From contig DASXGC010000334.1 of the NCBI GenBank assembly GCA_036489235.1, forward strand, positions 1,850 to 65,849: a stretch of DNA of 64,000 bases. The letters run 5' to 3'. This DNA is from Vicinamibacterales bacterium (GTDB taxonomy: Bacteria; Acidobacteriota; Vicinamibacteria; Vicinamibacterales; CAVVIG01). The position numbers and the translations under genes are program-made. Positions 9,822-19,854 of the stretch are shown here, piece after piece. A model generated the notes under the pieces. It had not been told where the DNA came from. It did not search any database and saw nothing but the letters and a program-made list of their open reading frames with translations. How positions within the stretch are numbered: the first letter of the stretch is position 1; each line of letters opens with the position of its first letter.

Positions 9822-10994
9822 CTACGAGTCGGGTCGGGGATCCTTGACGCGCACTTCCGTCCCTGGGCGGATCTGATCCGTGCCGCGAACCGCAACCTTG
9901 TCGCCCGCTTCTACCCCCCCGAATATTTCCACGGTATTGCCGACACGCGTGCCCGTCTTGACGTCGACCCATTCCGTGCGATTGCCGCGGATGCGAATGA
10001 CAAACGTGCGCTGCAAATTGCTCGCGACGCTCGACTGCGGCACGAACAGCGTCGGGTAGGTCCGTCGAATCGGCCACTCCACGTCGCAGAACGAACCCGG
10101 CGCAAGTTCCCGCCGAGGATCCTTGACGTCAAGTTCAACCGGCATCGTGCGTGTCTTGTTGTCCACCTCGCGCGCAATCCGCGCGATCGGCGCCTGAAAG
10201 CGGCGGCCCGGAAATGCCGGCACCGTGAAGTGGACGATGGTCCCCTCAGGGATGCCCGCGATGTCATTTTCCGGCACGGGTACGACCAGACGGTGGTGGT
10301 CCGACGTCTGGACGCGGACGATAGGAGTCATCGCGCCAGGTCCTCCGTATGGCCCGACGAGCGCGCCAGGATGCAGGTATCGCGCGGTCACCTGACCGTC
10401 GAACGGCGCCGTGATCTTGAGGTACGACTCGAGCTGTATCGTCGCGCGCAGGCCCTCTTGTGCCGCTTCCACTGTTTTCTGCAGGGCGGCAACACTCGCT
10501 TCGGCGGATTCAGCTACCCGCTTCGCCACTTCAAGGTCATTGCCGGCCACCACACCTGGCGTCTTCGCAGCTTCGGCCATCCGCTCGAACGTCCCGCGAT
10601 CGGCGGCAGACTTGGCCTGGGCTGACGCCAGCTGCGACTGTGCGCTTTGATAGACGGCGCTCGTTTGCGCCCGCTGCGCGACCAGCTCGGGGGCTTCGAG
10701 CTCTGCGAGCAACTCACCGCGTCTGACCGTGGAACCGCGATCGACCCGAATCGATTTCACGAAACCGGTTTGCTTTGCGTAGAGATCGACCGACTCGAAA
10801 GGCAGAAGTTCGGCTGGCAGATTGACCGTGGTCTCGAGGATGACGGCCGTCACCGTCGCCACCTCGAGCGTCGGCGGCTGGGACGAGGCGGTTGCGTTGG
10901 GAATCTGTGCCACCGCCACTTCACTGCGGCCGCAGCCGGTCAGCGCCACGCTGACGACGAGCAGAGGAACGAGGCCTGTGCTCAAATGTGCCAT
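9822..10994 (-). CDS. Efflux RND transporter periplasmic adaptor subunit
   Basis: Lipoprotein-like signal (LTGC). HlyD/MFP architecture (lipoyl, coiled-coil and beta-barrel). Its start codon lies 4 nt after the RND gene's stop. Confidence 0.85.
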   Translation of the reverse strand: MAHLSTGLVPLLVVSVALTGCGRSEVAVAQIPNATASSQPPTLEVATVTAVILETTVNLPAELLPFESVDLYAKQTGFVKSIRVDRGSTVRRGELLAELEAPELVAQRAQTSAVYQSAQSQLASAQAKSAADRGTFERMAEAAKTPGVVAGNDLEVAKRVAESAEASVAALQKTVEAAQEGLRATIQLESYLKITAPFDGQVTARYLHPGALVGPYGGPGAMTPIVRVQTSDHHRLVVPVPENDIAGIPEGTIVHFTVPAFPGRRFQAPIARIAREVDNKTRTMPVELDVKDPRRELAPGSFCDVEWPIRRTYPTLFVPQSSVASNLQRTFVIRIRGNRTEWVDVKTGTRVGNTVEIFGGVEAGDKVAVRGTDQIRPGTEVRVKDPRPDS

Positions 10995-10997
10995 TCC

Positions 10998-13900
10998 CTA
11001 TCCCTTCGTCGCGTACCGGCTGCCAGGGTCGTCGGGATCGAGCGATGGTGATGCGGTGGAAGCGCGGCGCTGCGCCGAGGCGAACACGAATGGCAGCACA
11101 GTGAGGTTGGCGAACGTGGCGGCGATCAGGCCACCGATCACGGCGCGCCCGAGCGACGCCGTCACCTGGGCTGCAAGCGCGATCGGAATCATGCCTGCGA
11201 TCATTGCCGCGCTGGTCATCAGAATCGGCCGCATCCGCTCTCTGGCGCCTGCGATGCCGGCTTCGAGGGACGCAGTGCCCGTGCGGCGGTACTCGTCCGC
11301 AAAGGTGACGAGCAGAATGGCGTTCGCGGTTCCGACGCCGACGGCCATAATCGCGCCCATGTAGGATTCGATGTTCAGACTGGTGCCCGTCAGGAGCAGC
11401 ATGAGAATAACGCCGGCAATCGTCGCCGGCGCTGTCGTGAGCACGACGGCGGCGAGGCGAACCGACTGATAGTTCGCCGCGAGCAGCAGGAAGATGACGA
11501 CGACCGCGAGCCCGAGGCCGATACTCAGATTCGCGAATGTCTCGCGCATCGGGGCGATCTGGCCACGAACCTGCACCGTCGTCCCGCGCGGCGGCGTGCC
11601 GGCGAGACGAATCGCCGCGTTGATGTTGCGCGAGACCGCACCGAGGTCATTTCCGGCGATGTTGGCGGACAACGTCAGCATCCGGAAACCGTTTCGGCGA
11701 TCGTACTCACCCATCACGGTCCCCTCACCGACCGTGGCGACATCGCCGAGCAGTGGATGCTGCCCGTGTCCCGGCATCACCGGAATGCTCTCCACGTCGC
11801 GTAGCGATGCGATTTGCGGCTGCGGATACTGGAGCTGGACCTGATACGCGATGCCGGTGTTCGGGTCGGCCCAGTAATTCGGCGTGGTGAAGCGGCTCGA
11901 GTAGGTCGCCTCCGAGAGCGATCGGGCCACCTGGCCGGCGGTCACGCCGAGCTGTCCCGCGAGGCGGCGATCGATCTGCACTTCCACACTTGGGTAGTCG
12001 AGAGGCAGCTCGTACTTGAGATCGCGCAGATTTGCGATCGCGCGCAGTTCGTCGAGCAGGTGGTCGGTATAGGCACGACTCGCCGACAAATCCGGTCCGA
12101 TCACGGCCACCTCGACCGGCGTTGGCGCGCCGAAGTTCATGATCTGGTTCACGAGATCGCCAGGTTCAAACGAAAACGAGCAGCCTGCGAACTTCGGTGG
12201 CAGCACCTCGCGAAGTGTGGCTTCGATCGACCTGACATCGAGATGCGCCTCGGGTCGGAGGGCGATATCCATAATCGCTTCATGGGGGCCCGAGGACCAG
12301 AGGAACACGGTATTGATCGGATAGCTCGCCCCCTGCGTGCCGACATACCCGAGCGTGATCAGGACGTTCTCGGCGCCGACGACTTTTCGGATCTCGTCGA
12401 GCACCTGCGTTGTCAACACCTCGGTTTCCTCGGCACGCGTACCAGTGGGCGCGTCGAACCGCAGCCGGAACTGCGTCACGCCGGCACTCGGGAATAGTTC
12501 CTGGCTGAGGCGCGGGCCAAGGAGCACGAGAATCAGCGCAACGCCCAGCCCGTAGGCACCAAGAACGGCCCACCGAACGCGGCCCAGTCGTTCGAGCGCG
12601 GCCACCCACCGATCGCGCCAGCGCTCGAATCCCCATCGTCCCGCGACCAGCACGTGGCGACTGAGGTCGACCTGCCGGTGAATCCAGAGAAACAAGACTG
12701 GGAGCAGTGAGCTCGAAAGGATGAACGACGCGATCATCGCGAACGCTACGGCCAGCGAGAGCGGCACGAACAGGTTCTGCGCGACACCGGTCATCAGGAA
12801 TGACGGTACGAAGACCGCGACGACGGCGAGCATCGACAGGAAACGTGCGACCACGGTCCTCTGGGTCGCCACCAGCACGCTCCGAGCTGGCGACATGTCT
12901 GGGTGCTGCCGCAGGGTGGCATGGATGTTCTCGACCTCGACGACGCCTTCGTCAACCAGGATGCCAACCGCGAGCGCCAGGCCGCCGAGCGTCATCACGT
13001 TGATGGTTTGGCCCGTCAACCACAGCGCGACCACCGACGTCAGCAGCGCGAACGGAATGGTGGTCAGGACGATAAGCGCGCTGCGCCAATCCCCAAGAAA
13101 CAGCAGCACGATCAGTCCCGCCAGCACCGCCCCAAGCAATCCTTCGCGGACCACGGCCCAGAGTGCGTCGGTGACGAACGACGATTGATCGAGCTCGTAG
13201 GTGACCTTGATGTCATCCGGCACCAGCGAGCGAAAATACGGCAGATTGTCCCGAACCGACTTCACGACTGTGACCGTGGACGCATCCGGGCGTTTCGTGA
13301 CCGGAATGTAGACCGACCGGCGGCCGTTGACGAGCGCGTAGCCGGTCGGGATGTCGCTCGTGTCCTGAATCGTGCCAACATCGCGCAGGAACACCGTGGG
13401 ACCGGCGCCGGTACGAATCGGCAAGTCGTTCAGCGACTGGATATTCGGCGTGACCGCATTGCTTTCCGCGATCCGCGTCAGCGTGCCCGTCCGCACGTTA
13501 CCGGCAGGCTGCAGGGTGTTGCCGTTGTTGATCGCCTGCGCCACTTCGTCCGGCGACATGTTGTACGCGCGCAGTCGATCGGGCTTCACGGTCACGACCA
13601 TGGTCCGCTGGTTGCCCCCGAACGGAGGCGGCGAGGTCAACCCCGGAAGTGTCGCGAACGCCGGGCGGACGCGATTCAGCGCAAGATCCTGAATTTCGCC
13701 GACGGTGCGCGTCTCGCTCGAGAAGACGACATAACCAACCGGCACTGTGCCGGCGTCGAAACGGATCACGAATGGCGAGACCGTGCCGGGCGGCATGAAC
13801 GCGCGCGCGCGATTCACGTACGAAATCGTCTGCGCCAGAGCGTCGCTCATGTTCGTGTCGGGATAGAACGTGAGCTTCAGCAGACCGTTGCCCTGGATCG

Positions 13901-14150
13901 ACTTGTCTTCAACGCTCTGGATGCCGTTGATGTAGAGGAAGTGGTACTCGTAGTAATAGACCAGGTAACCTTCCATCTGCGCCGGACTCATGCCGCCGTA
14001 CGGCTGTGCGACGTAAATCACCGGGAGGTTCAAATTCGGGAAGATATCGACGCGCATCCGCGCGATTGCCAGCACGGAAGCGAGCGCCACGCCAATCGCG
14101 ATCACAAGCGTCGCGATCGGCCGCCGCAACGCGGTTCGGATCAGCCACAT
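10998..14150 (-). CDS. Efflux RND transporter permease (AcrB/CzcA superfamily)
   Basis: 1050 aa, 12-TM RND layout, N-terminus [23 protein letters not shown]. Confidence 0.9.
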   Translation of the reverse strand: MWLIRTALRRPIATLVIAIGVALASVLAIARMRVDIFPNLNLPVIYVAQPYGGMSPAQMEGYLVYYYEYHFLYINGIQSVEDKSIQGNGLLKLTFYPDTNMSDALAQTISYVNRARAFMPPGTVSPFVIRFDAGTVPVGYVVFSSETRTVGEIQDLALNRVRPAFATLPGLTSPPPFGGNQRTMVVTVKPDRLRAYNMSPDEVAQAINNGNTLQPAGNVRTGTLTRIAESNAVTPNIQSLNDLPIRTGAGPTVFLRDVGTIQDTSDIPTGYALVNGRRSVYIPVTKRPDASTVTVVKSVRDNLPYFRSLVPDDIKVTYELDQSSFVTDALWAVVREGLLGAVLAGLIVLLFLGDWRSALIVLTTIPFALLTSVVALWLTGQTINVMTLGGLALAVGILVDEGVVEVENIHATLRQHPDMSPARSVLVATQRTVVARFLSMLAVVAVFVPSFLMTGVAQNLFVPLSLAVAFAMIASFILSSSLLPVLFLWIHRQVDLSRHVLVAGRWGFERWRDRWVAALERLGRVRWAVLGAYGLGVALILVLLGPRLSQELFPSAGVTQFRLRFDAPTGTRAEETEVLTTQVLDEIRKVVGAENVLITLGYVGTQGASYPINTVFLWSSGPHEAIMDIALRPEAHLDVRSIEATLREVLPPKFAGCSFSFEPGDLVNQIMNFGAPTPVEVAVIGPDLSASRAYTDHLLDELRAIANLRDLKYELPLDYPSVEVQIDRRLAGQLGVTAGQVARSLSEATYSSRFTTPNYWADPNTGIAYQVQLQYPQPQIASLRDVESIPVMPGHGQHPLLGDVATVGEGTVMGEYDRRNGFRMLTLSANIAGNDLGAVSRNINAAIRLAGTPPRGTTVQVRGQIAPMRETFANLSIGLGLAVVVIFLLLAANYQSVRLAAVVLTTAPATIAGVILMLLLTGTSLNIESYMGAIMAVGVGTANAILLVTFADEYRRTGTASLEAGIAGARERMRPILMTSAAMIAGMIPIALAAQVTASLGRAVIGGLIAATFANLTVLPFVFASAQRRASTASPSLDPDDPGSRYATKG

Positions 14151-14162
14151 ACCAGGGTCTCT

Positions 14163-15581
14163 CTAGGGCTGCCGGGCCATATTCACAAAGGCGGTCAAGT
14201 CACCCTGTGCGGCTGCGGCCGCCAGGAGAGCCCGCCAGACATCGACCCGGGCCAGTTGGTCCTGCACCTCGGACTGGGCGAGCAGACTCTCGGCGTCCGC
14301 GACTTCGACGAGACTGGTCAGACCGGCGTTATAGCGGGCGCGCGCCAGGCTTTCACTCTGCTGCGCCGCCGCGAGCTGGATCGGGGTGTTCGCGGCCACC
14401 GCGCGCACCGCCTGAAGCATCGCCGCGGCCATCTGTTGTTCGCTCGTCACGGAGAGCACCGCATCATCATGGAGTGCCGCCTGGGCGCGCGTCGTCGCGG
14501 ACGCCGCGGCTTTGCGTGCCCGCAACGTGCCGAAGTCAAACACATTCGGAAAAACGATCTGCACGCCCGCGGCCCAGTTTGCGCGATCGAGGCCGAGGCC
14601 ATCGACGCCGCCATCGAGAACACCATTGGCGTTCGCACCACTTCCGCGCGCGAATACACTCGACTGGAGATAGATGCGCGGATAGTCGGTGCGCGACAGG
14701 ATGTCTTCCTGCGCTCGCGCTTGATCCACCGCGGCCTGATGCATCTGAGCCAGTGGATGGGCGTCGGCCACACCGCCGGTGATGTCGGCGTCCGGCATTC
14801 TGTTTATCAGTGCGTCGCTGACCACCGTCACGGAACCGGTCGTCACGCCCAGATCACGTTTCAGGATCGCCTCCGCGACCGCGACAGTCTGCTGCGACCG
14901 GATCAGACGCGTCTGTGCCGCCGCGCGCTCGGCGGCCACGCGCGACGCATCCGCGCCGGGACGCAACTGGTTGTCGACGAGTGTCTGCACCATGCGGCGC
15001 AAGACGTCGCGACGATCGACGTCAGCCTGCGCCGCGGCGACAGCGCGCTGGGCAGCGACCAGGTCGAGAAACGCCTCGGCGACGCCGCTCGCCACCTCCA
15101 GGCGCGTCAACGTCTCGCCCGCGCGCGCGCGGGTGAGGGCGGCCTCGGCGCCGGCGACGCCGGCGCCGCGCAGACCGAAGTCAAACGCTTCCCATGAAAA
15201 CATCGCGCCGGCTGCACTTCCCCAGACGCTCTGCGTGGAGGCGGACGACAGCACGGGTCCCGACATCGCGGGAATCACCGATTGCGGCATCAATTGGCCG
15301 AAGACGTTGTTGACTGTCCCGCGGTTCGACTGCCACAACGAGTCCAGGCGCGGAAGATACGCACCATGAGCGACATCGATGTCTGCACTCGACGAAGTGA
15401 CCTGCTCGAGCGCGGCACGCACGGTCGGGTAGTGATCGACCGCGTATTGAATCGCGCGATCGAGCGTCAACACCGGCGGTGGGTCGGACGGGGCCTGTGC
15501 AGCGAGGGGGACGGACACAAGCAGACTCCCACAGACCATCGATACCAACCGGACTCGAGTCATGTATTCGTCGGCGGTCAC
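14163..15581 (-). CDS. TolC-family outer membrane efflux protein
   Basis: 472 aa with a signal peptide and a duplicated alpha-helical/beta-barrel OEP repeat pattern. It overlaps padR by 4 nt. Confidence 0.85.
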   Translation of the reverse strand: MTADEYMTRVRLVSMVCGSLLVSVPLAAQAPSDPPPVLTLDRAIQYAVDHYPTVRAALEQVTSSSADIDVAHGAYLPRLDSLWQSNRGTVNNVFGQLMPQSVIPAMSGPVLSSASTQSVWGSAAGAMFSWEAFDFGLRGAGVAGAEAALTRARAGETLTRLEVASGVAEAFLDLVAAQRAVAAAQADVDRRDVLRRMVQTLVDNQLRPGADASRVAAERAAAQTRLIRSQQTVAVAEAILKRDLGVTTGSVTVVSDALINRMPDADITGGVADAHPLAQMHQAAVDQARAQEDILSRTDYPRIYLQSSVFARGSGANANGVLDGGVDGLGLDRANWAAGVQIVFPNVFDFGTLRARKAAASATTRAQAALHDDAVLSVTSEQQMAAAMLQAVRAVAANTPIQLAAAQQSESLARARYNAGLTSLVEVADAESLLAQSEVQDQLARVDVWRALLAAAAAQGDLTAFVNMARQP

Positions 15582-15901
15582 GAGTGTTCGAACATTTCGC
15601 CGAACAGCTCCTGGACGCGCTTTCGCGCGGTTCGGAGCGCCTTGCGGCCAAGCGGTGTGGCACGGTAGACACGGCGATTACGGCCGCCCGTTTGTGTCAC
15701 TTGAGACCGGAGATACCCCTGCTTCTCCATCCCGTGCAGGATGGGATAGAGGGTCCCGGCGCTGAGGCGATGGTCATGCCGCCCGAGCTCGTCGATCATC
15801 CATTGGCCAAAGATGGCGCTCTCGGCCGCGTGATGCAGGATGTGCATCCGGATCAGACCGTTGAACAGGCTCCGATCTTCAATCGCCTTCAGATGTCTCA
15901 T
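15578..15901 (-). CDS. PadR family transcriptional regulator
   Basis: 107 aa; the motif GTLYPILHGMEKQGYL..RRVYRATPLG is diagnostic of PadR. First gene of the padR-tolC-RND-MFP operon. Confidence 0.9.
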   Translation of the reverse strand: MRHLKAIEDRSLFNGLIRMHILHHAAESAIFGQWMIDELGRHDHRLSAGTLYPILHGMEKQGYLRSQVTQTGGRNRRVYRATPLGRKALRTARKRVQELFGEMFEHS

Positions 15902-16172
15902 TCCGATATCGCAATACGACTATAGGAGGATGGCTTGGACGTGTCAAAGCATTCATCCACTGTTCATCTACGAAACTGGAAGGTATAGGCGAGCGCTACC
16001 TGGCGACGCCGAAGAGCATCCCGACACCAGCCGTGATCGCCATTGCGAGTGCGCCCAGAACATGGCGCGCAAAGCGCGGCCAGGCCGCCCGATAACGCGA
16101 GCGCCAGCGGCGAGATTCCAAAGACAACGGGAATCAGGCGCTCAGTTGTCGCTCTGCGACACGTGGGGTCGG

Positions 16173-16188
16173 AGCAAGGAGCACGCCC
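16173..16188 (-). promoter_or_regulatory. -24/-12 promoter-like site pointing toward the padR-efflux operon
   Basis: On the minus strand it reads GGGCGTG-CTCC-TTGCT (GG-N10-GC, TTGCT). It lies about 72 bp from the motif at 16251-16267 and about 270 nt upstream of padR. Confidence 0.4.
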
Positions 16189-16250
16189 GCTTTTCGCTAA
16201 CGTGCTCAAGCAGGCGAGCCGTAACTACCCTCCCGCAGCGTTACAGTCGG

Positions 16251-16267
16251 TGGGGATTTTTCCGCGC
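16251..16267. promoter_or_regulatory. Candidate enhancer (UAS) motif shared by a divergent -24/-12 pair
   Basis: TGGGGATTTTTCCGCGC (minus strand: GCGCG-GAAAAATC-CCCA). Related GATTCC elements lie at 16275-16286 and 16307-16318. Confidence 0.35.
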
Positions 16268-16335
16268 TCTGGTGAAGGATTCCCCACGGCAGTGGTCTAC
16301 GGTGACGAGATTCCGCGGCTTTGATCAAATCTTGC

Positions 16336-16351
16336 GGGCATGCGTATTGCG
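16336..16351 (+). promoter_or_regulatory. -24/-12 (sigma-54-type) promoter-like site for the USP gene
   Basis: GGGCATG-CGTA-TTGCG with GG-N10-GC spacing. It overlaps the track's ATG at 16340, which argues for GTG 16364 as the true start. Confidence 0.5.
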
Positions 16352-16363
16352 AACCGGTCTCTG

Positions 16364-16873
16364 GTGATTGCACTCGAGCGGATTCTAGTCGCGACCGATT
16401 TCAGTGACGAGGCGAAGGCGGCATTGACCTGGGGACTCGAGTTCGCCGGTCGATTCGGTGCCGCCCTGCACGTACTGCACGTCTCCCAGAACTTCTGTAT
16501 CAATACGTTCGGGGCCGAAAACTGTGCCGCGATCGCTCCCGGCCGACAGCGACAAATAGAAGAGGACGCGCGCCGACATCTCGACGAGTGGCTCGACGCC
16601 GCCAACGCGACCGGCCCTTCGATGGTTCCGGCCATCCTCACATCCGCCGCACCCGCCCTGGCGATTATGGACTATGCCAGGGACCACGACATTGACTTGA
16701 TCGTGATGGGCACACAGGGACGTGACGCGTGGGCTCGTCTCGTCGTGGGTAGCGTCGCCGAACGGGTGGTGCGGCGGGCGCCGTGCCCAGTGCTCACGCT
16801 GAAGCGTTCCGGGCACGTTTTGCCTTCTGATGAACCACCAACCGCAGGCCAATGCAGCCGGAGGGCGAGTTGA
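16364..16873 (+). CDS. Universal stress protein (UspA family)
   Basis: ERILVATDFSDEAKAALTWGLEFA..LHVLHV; C-terminal ATP-binding motif DLIVMGTQGRDAWARLVVGSVAERVVRRAPCPVLTL. Alternative start at ATG 16340. Confidence 0.85.
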   Translation: MIALERILVATDFSDEAKAALTWGLEFAGRFGAALHVLHVSQNFCINTFGAENCAAIAPGRQRQIEEDARRHLDEWLDAANATGPSMVPAILTSAAPALAIMDYARDHDIDLIVMGTQGRDAWARLVVGSVAERVVRRAPCPVLTLKRSGHVLPSDEPPTAGQCSRRAS

Positions 16874-16966
16874 CGCCCGACATTTTCACGAAAGCCGCGC
16901 TCTTGTCCGAAACCACCCAGCGAACCGATCGTCGACACAATATGGGCGAACCGTCGTGAAGCGCGC

Positions 16967-18673
16967 GTGACGGCCCACTCCGCTCTCGATCCCTGGCTGC
17001 CGAAATCGATCCGGGTTCTTCGGCACTACGATCTGCCGACGTTTCGCGCCGATGTGATTGCCGGCGTCACCGTCGGCCTCGTCGCCCTGCCGCTCGCGAT
17101 GGCCTTCTCCATCGCCTCGGGCCTCACGCCACAGGCCGGCATCTACTGCGCCATCGTCACGGGCTTTCTGATTTCGGCGCTCGGTGGCTCACGGGTGCAG
17201 ATCGGCGGCCCGACGGGCGCGTTCGTCGTGGTCGTCGCGGGCATCGTCGCCAAGTACGGAGTGTCGGGCCTCTATGTCTGCACCATGATGGCCGGCGTCT
17301 TCCTCGTGCTGCTCGGGGCGACAGGCAGCGGCACGGTCGTCCGCTTCATCCCTCGGCCCGTCGTCGTCGGATTCACGAACGGCATTGCAGTGCTGATCGC
17401 CAGCACGCAGATTCGTGACTTCCTCGGAATGCGCATGACCGAAAATCCCGGCGAGTTCGCCGCGCGCATGGCGGCGATTGCGCGCCATCTGGATTCGATC
17501 ACGCCGGCAGCCACCGGCTTGGCGCTACTGACGTTGTTGCTGGTCGTTTCAGTCAACCGTTTCGTGAAGAGTGTTCCGGGCACGATCGTCGGCCTGGTTG
17601 GCGGAACGGCGATCGCCTGGCTCGGCCAGCTGCCGATCGACACCGTGGGTTCGCGCTTTGGCGGCGTGCCATCTGGCCTGCCTGCCTTCCATCTCCCGCC
17701 GTTCGAGCCGTCGCTGATGCTGACGCTGCTGGCGCCGGCGCTGACGGTCGCGATGCTCGGCGCGATCGAATCGCTGATGTCCGCCGTCGTGGCGGATCGT
17801 ATGAGCGGCGATCATCACAACTCGAATGTCGAGTTGATCGGTCAGGGGATCGCAAACATTGTCTCGCCGTTGTTCGGCGGACTTCCGGCAACGGGCGCGA
17901 TCGCGCGGACCGCCACCAACATTCGATCGGGCGCGCGCACGCCGGTCGCGGGGATGGTGCACTCCCTCACGCTGCTGATCATCCTCTTGGTCGGGGCGCC
18001 GCTCGCGAACCATGTGCCCATGGCCGTGCTGGCCGCGATCCTGTTCGTCGTCGCCGCCAACATGGGCGAGTGGCATGAAATTCCGGCGCTGATGAAGCAG
18101 ACGCGGGCCGACATCGCCGTGTGGGTGGTCACGTTCGGCTTGACCGTGTTCGCGGATCTGACCGTCGCGGTGGAGGTGGGCATGATCCTGGCCGCACTCC
18201 TCTACATCCGGCGCGTGTCGAACACGACGACAGTGTCTCGCGTCACCTCCGCATATCTGGATGAAGGTCGGGTGCACGTCCTGCATGACAAGCCCATTCC
18301 GGACTTCGTGACGATCATCCGGATTCATGGCCCGTTGCTCTTCGGCGCCACCGACAAGGTGCACCGGGTGATGGACGGACTGGACGGACTGCCACCGGTT
18401 GTCATCGTGCGCCTGCGGAACATGACCGCGATCGACGCCACCGGGCTCCGTGCGCTGGAAGATCTGAGCCTCAGGCTTCGCGAGTCGGGACGAGCTGCGA
18501 TCTTCTGTGGTGCGCGTGACCAGCCGCGTGCGGTAATGGCGCAGGCGGGTTTCGGACAGATCGTCGGCGTGGACAACGTCTGCGCCAATATCGACGCCGC
18601 GCTCGTGCGGGCCAACGCCATCATTGCTTCGATGCAACCTGCCCAGGTCTCTCCCGCGCTCAGGTCCGAGTAA
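16967..18673 (+). CDS. SulP family inorganic anion transporter with a C-terminal STAS domain
   Basis: 568 aa, N-terminus ..ADVIAGVTVGLVALPLAMAFSIASG; STAS-like C-terminus (VVIVRLRNMTAIDATGLRALEDL). Confidence 0.9.
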   Translation: MTAHSALDPWLPKSIRVLRHYDLPTFRADVIAGVTVGLVALPLAMAFSIASGLTPQAGIYCAIVTGFLISALGGSRVQIGGPTGAFVVVVAGIVAKYGVSGLYVCTMMAGVFLVLLGATGSGTVVRFIPRPVVVGFTNGIAVLIASTQIRDFLGMRMTENPGEFAARMAAIARHLDSITPAATGLALLTLLLVVSVNRFVKSVPGTIVGLVGGTAIAWLGQLPIDTVGSRFGGVPSGLPAFHLPPFEPSLMLTLLAPALTVAMLGAIESLMSAVVADRMSGDHHNSNVELIGQGIANIVSPLFGGLPATGAIARTATNIRSGARTPVAGMVHSLTLLIILLVGAPLANHVPMAVLAAILFVVAANMGEWHEIPALMKQTRADIAVWVVTFGLTVFADLTVAVEVGMILAALLYIRRVSNTTTVSRVTSAYLDEGRVHVLHDKPIPDFVTIIRIHGPLLFGATDKVHRVMDGLDGLPPVVIVRLRNMTAIDATGLRALEDLSLRLRESGRAAIFCGARDQPRAVMAQAGFGQIVGVDNVCANIDAALVRANAIIASMQPAQVSPALRSE

Positions 18674-18726
18674 GCGTCTGGAACTCCAGCGGTACCGCTC
18701 GCGACCAGATCCGGGCCACCGCAGGT

Positions 18727-19854
18727 TCAAGGATTCACCATCGCGGAGTCGTGCGCGTGAAGGAACCAGCGTTCGAGCAGAAGACGCCGAGTGAACCAGC
18801 GACTCCCCAGCAGCCACGGCAGTAGCCGATTTGCGACGGCTGATCTCATCGTCCGCGGGCGCAGTTGACGCATCCGCCGACTGCCAAATCGTTCTCGAAG
18901 CTGACGGACGTAGGGCTCGAGTCGATCCCGAGAGTAGTGTCCTCTCGCTGCCACCAGGGTCGATGCGGCGAGCAATCCGGACTCGATGGCCGGCCGGATG
19001 CCTTCCCCGCTTTCCGGATACGCAAGGCCGGCGGCGTCGCCCAGCAGCATGACGCCGTCGTCGATTGCCTGGCGGTGCGGCGATGCGGCAACCAGATAGG
19101 CGTGCCCGTGCCAGCGGCCGGACATCTCTTCGGGAGCCCTGCGCTGTCCGCGTAGAAACTCGACGAACTCCGCTGTTGCCTTGGGGAGCGCGCGACGGCC
19201 GAGAAGACCGAACCCGATGTTCAGATGCTGCGCTTTGCGGAAACACCAGCCGTAGCCGCTCAAGTCACGACAGAAATAGAGCTCCGGCACGCCGGACGCC
19301 GTCGGCCACGCTTTGGCGTCCCGGTCCTCCAGACGGAATTCCGTTTCCTGCGCGACGACCAGCGGCGGCGCGCCGTCGATCGTCGGGTTCAGCCAGCGTG
19401 CCACCGGGCAAAAATGTCCGCCGGCTCCGATGACCACGTCCGCCTTGATCGAATCGTTGACGATCCAGCAGGTGCCGTCGCGGACGATCGACGAGAGCAC
19501 CATGCCAAGCCGCAAATCAGCACCGGATCGCAGGAGCAGGTAATGATCGAACTCGCAGCGGCGGATGCCGAAGCTGACGGGTCGGTCGTACACGGTTTCC
19601 AGTGCCTTCGCCGAACCGATGACACCCGTGCGAAAGCCGGTGATCGGCTGGAAGGTGCGGCCGCGGCGATAATCGTCGCAGTCGAGCTCCAGATCGTCGA
19701 TGACCTGCGGCGTGATCCAGCCGGCACACACCTTGTCGCGTGGAAACACCGATCGATCCAGCACGATGACGCCCATGCCGGCCTGGTGCAGTCGTCGCGC
19801 GCACGAGGACCCTGCCGGACCACCACCGACGACGAGCACGTCACATCGTTCCAT
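18727..19854 (-). CDS. NAD(P)/FAD-dependent oxidoreductase, geranylgeranyl reductase family
   Basis: Start taken at MERCDVLVVGGGPAGSSCARRL (GxGxxG dinucleotide fold). The upstream part of track ORF 18727..20085 overlaps the preceding gene. There is a 14-nt overlap with the stop of the cfa-like gene. Confidence 0.8.
   Translation of the reverse strand: MERCDVLVVGGGPAGSSCARRLHQAGMGVIVLDRSVFPRDKVCAGWITPQVIDDLELDCDDYRRGRTFQPITGFRTGVIGSAKALETVYDRPVSFGIRRCEFDHYLLLRSGADLRLGMVLSSIVRDGTCWIVNDSIKADVVIGAGGHFCPVARWLNPTIDGAPPLVVAQETEFRLEDRDAKAWPTASGVPELYFCRDLSGYGWCFRKAQHLNIGFGLLGRRALPKATAEFVEFLRGQRRAPEEMSGRWHGHAYLVAASPHRQAIDDGVMLLGDAAGLAYPESGEGIRPAIESGLLAASTLVAARGHYSRDRLEPYVRQLRERFGSRRMRQLRPRTMRSAVANRLLPWLLGSRWFTRRLLLERWFLHAHDSAMVNP

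Noticed and set aside
12903-15197. 764-aa plus-strand ORF, and similar long ORFs elsewhere (7131-8141+, 17549-19246-, 19700-20986+, 22826-24010+, 39455-40753-, 47648-48619-, 54922-56484+, 60380-61333+).
   Set aside because: Each lies antisense to, or out of frame with, a well-supported gene (RND, TolC, SulP, cfa, bEBP, TonB-dependent receptor, aldo/keto reductase, phosphoesterase). Their products are Arg/Gly/Pro/His-rich low-complexity strings, as expected from stop-codon-poor GC-rich DNA.
15912-15930. CAATACGACTATAGGAGGA resembles a phage T7 promoter (TAATACGACTCACTATAGG).
   Set aside because: It lacks the CAC of the core, there are no phage genes nearby, and it lies in the padR 5' region, where TATAGT more plausibly serves as a -10 box. 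Most likely coincidence.
15964-16209. 81-aa minus-strand ORF in the padR/usp intergenic region.
   Set aside because: Its start lies upstream of the predicted minus-strand promoter, and its codon bias is poorer than the alternative 43-codon frame. It is kept only as a note within the finding on this region.
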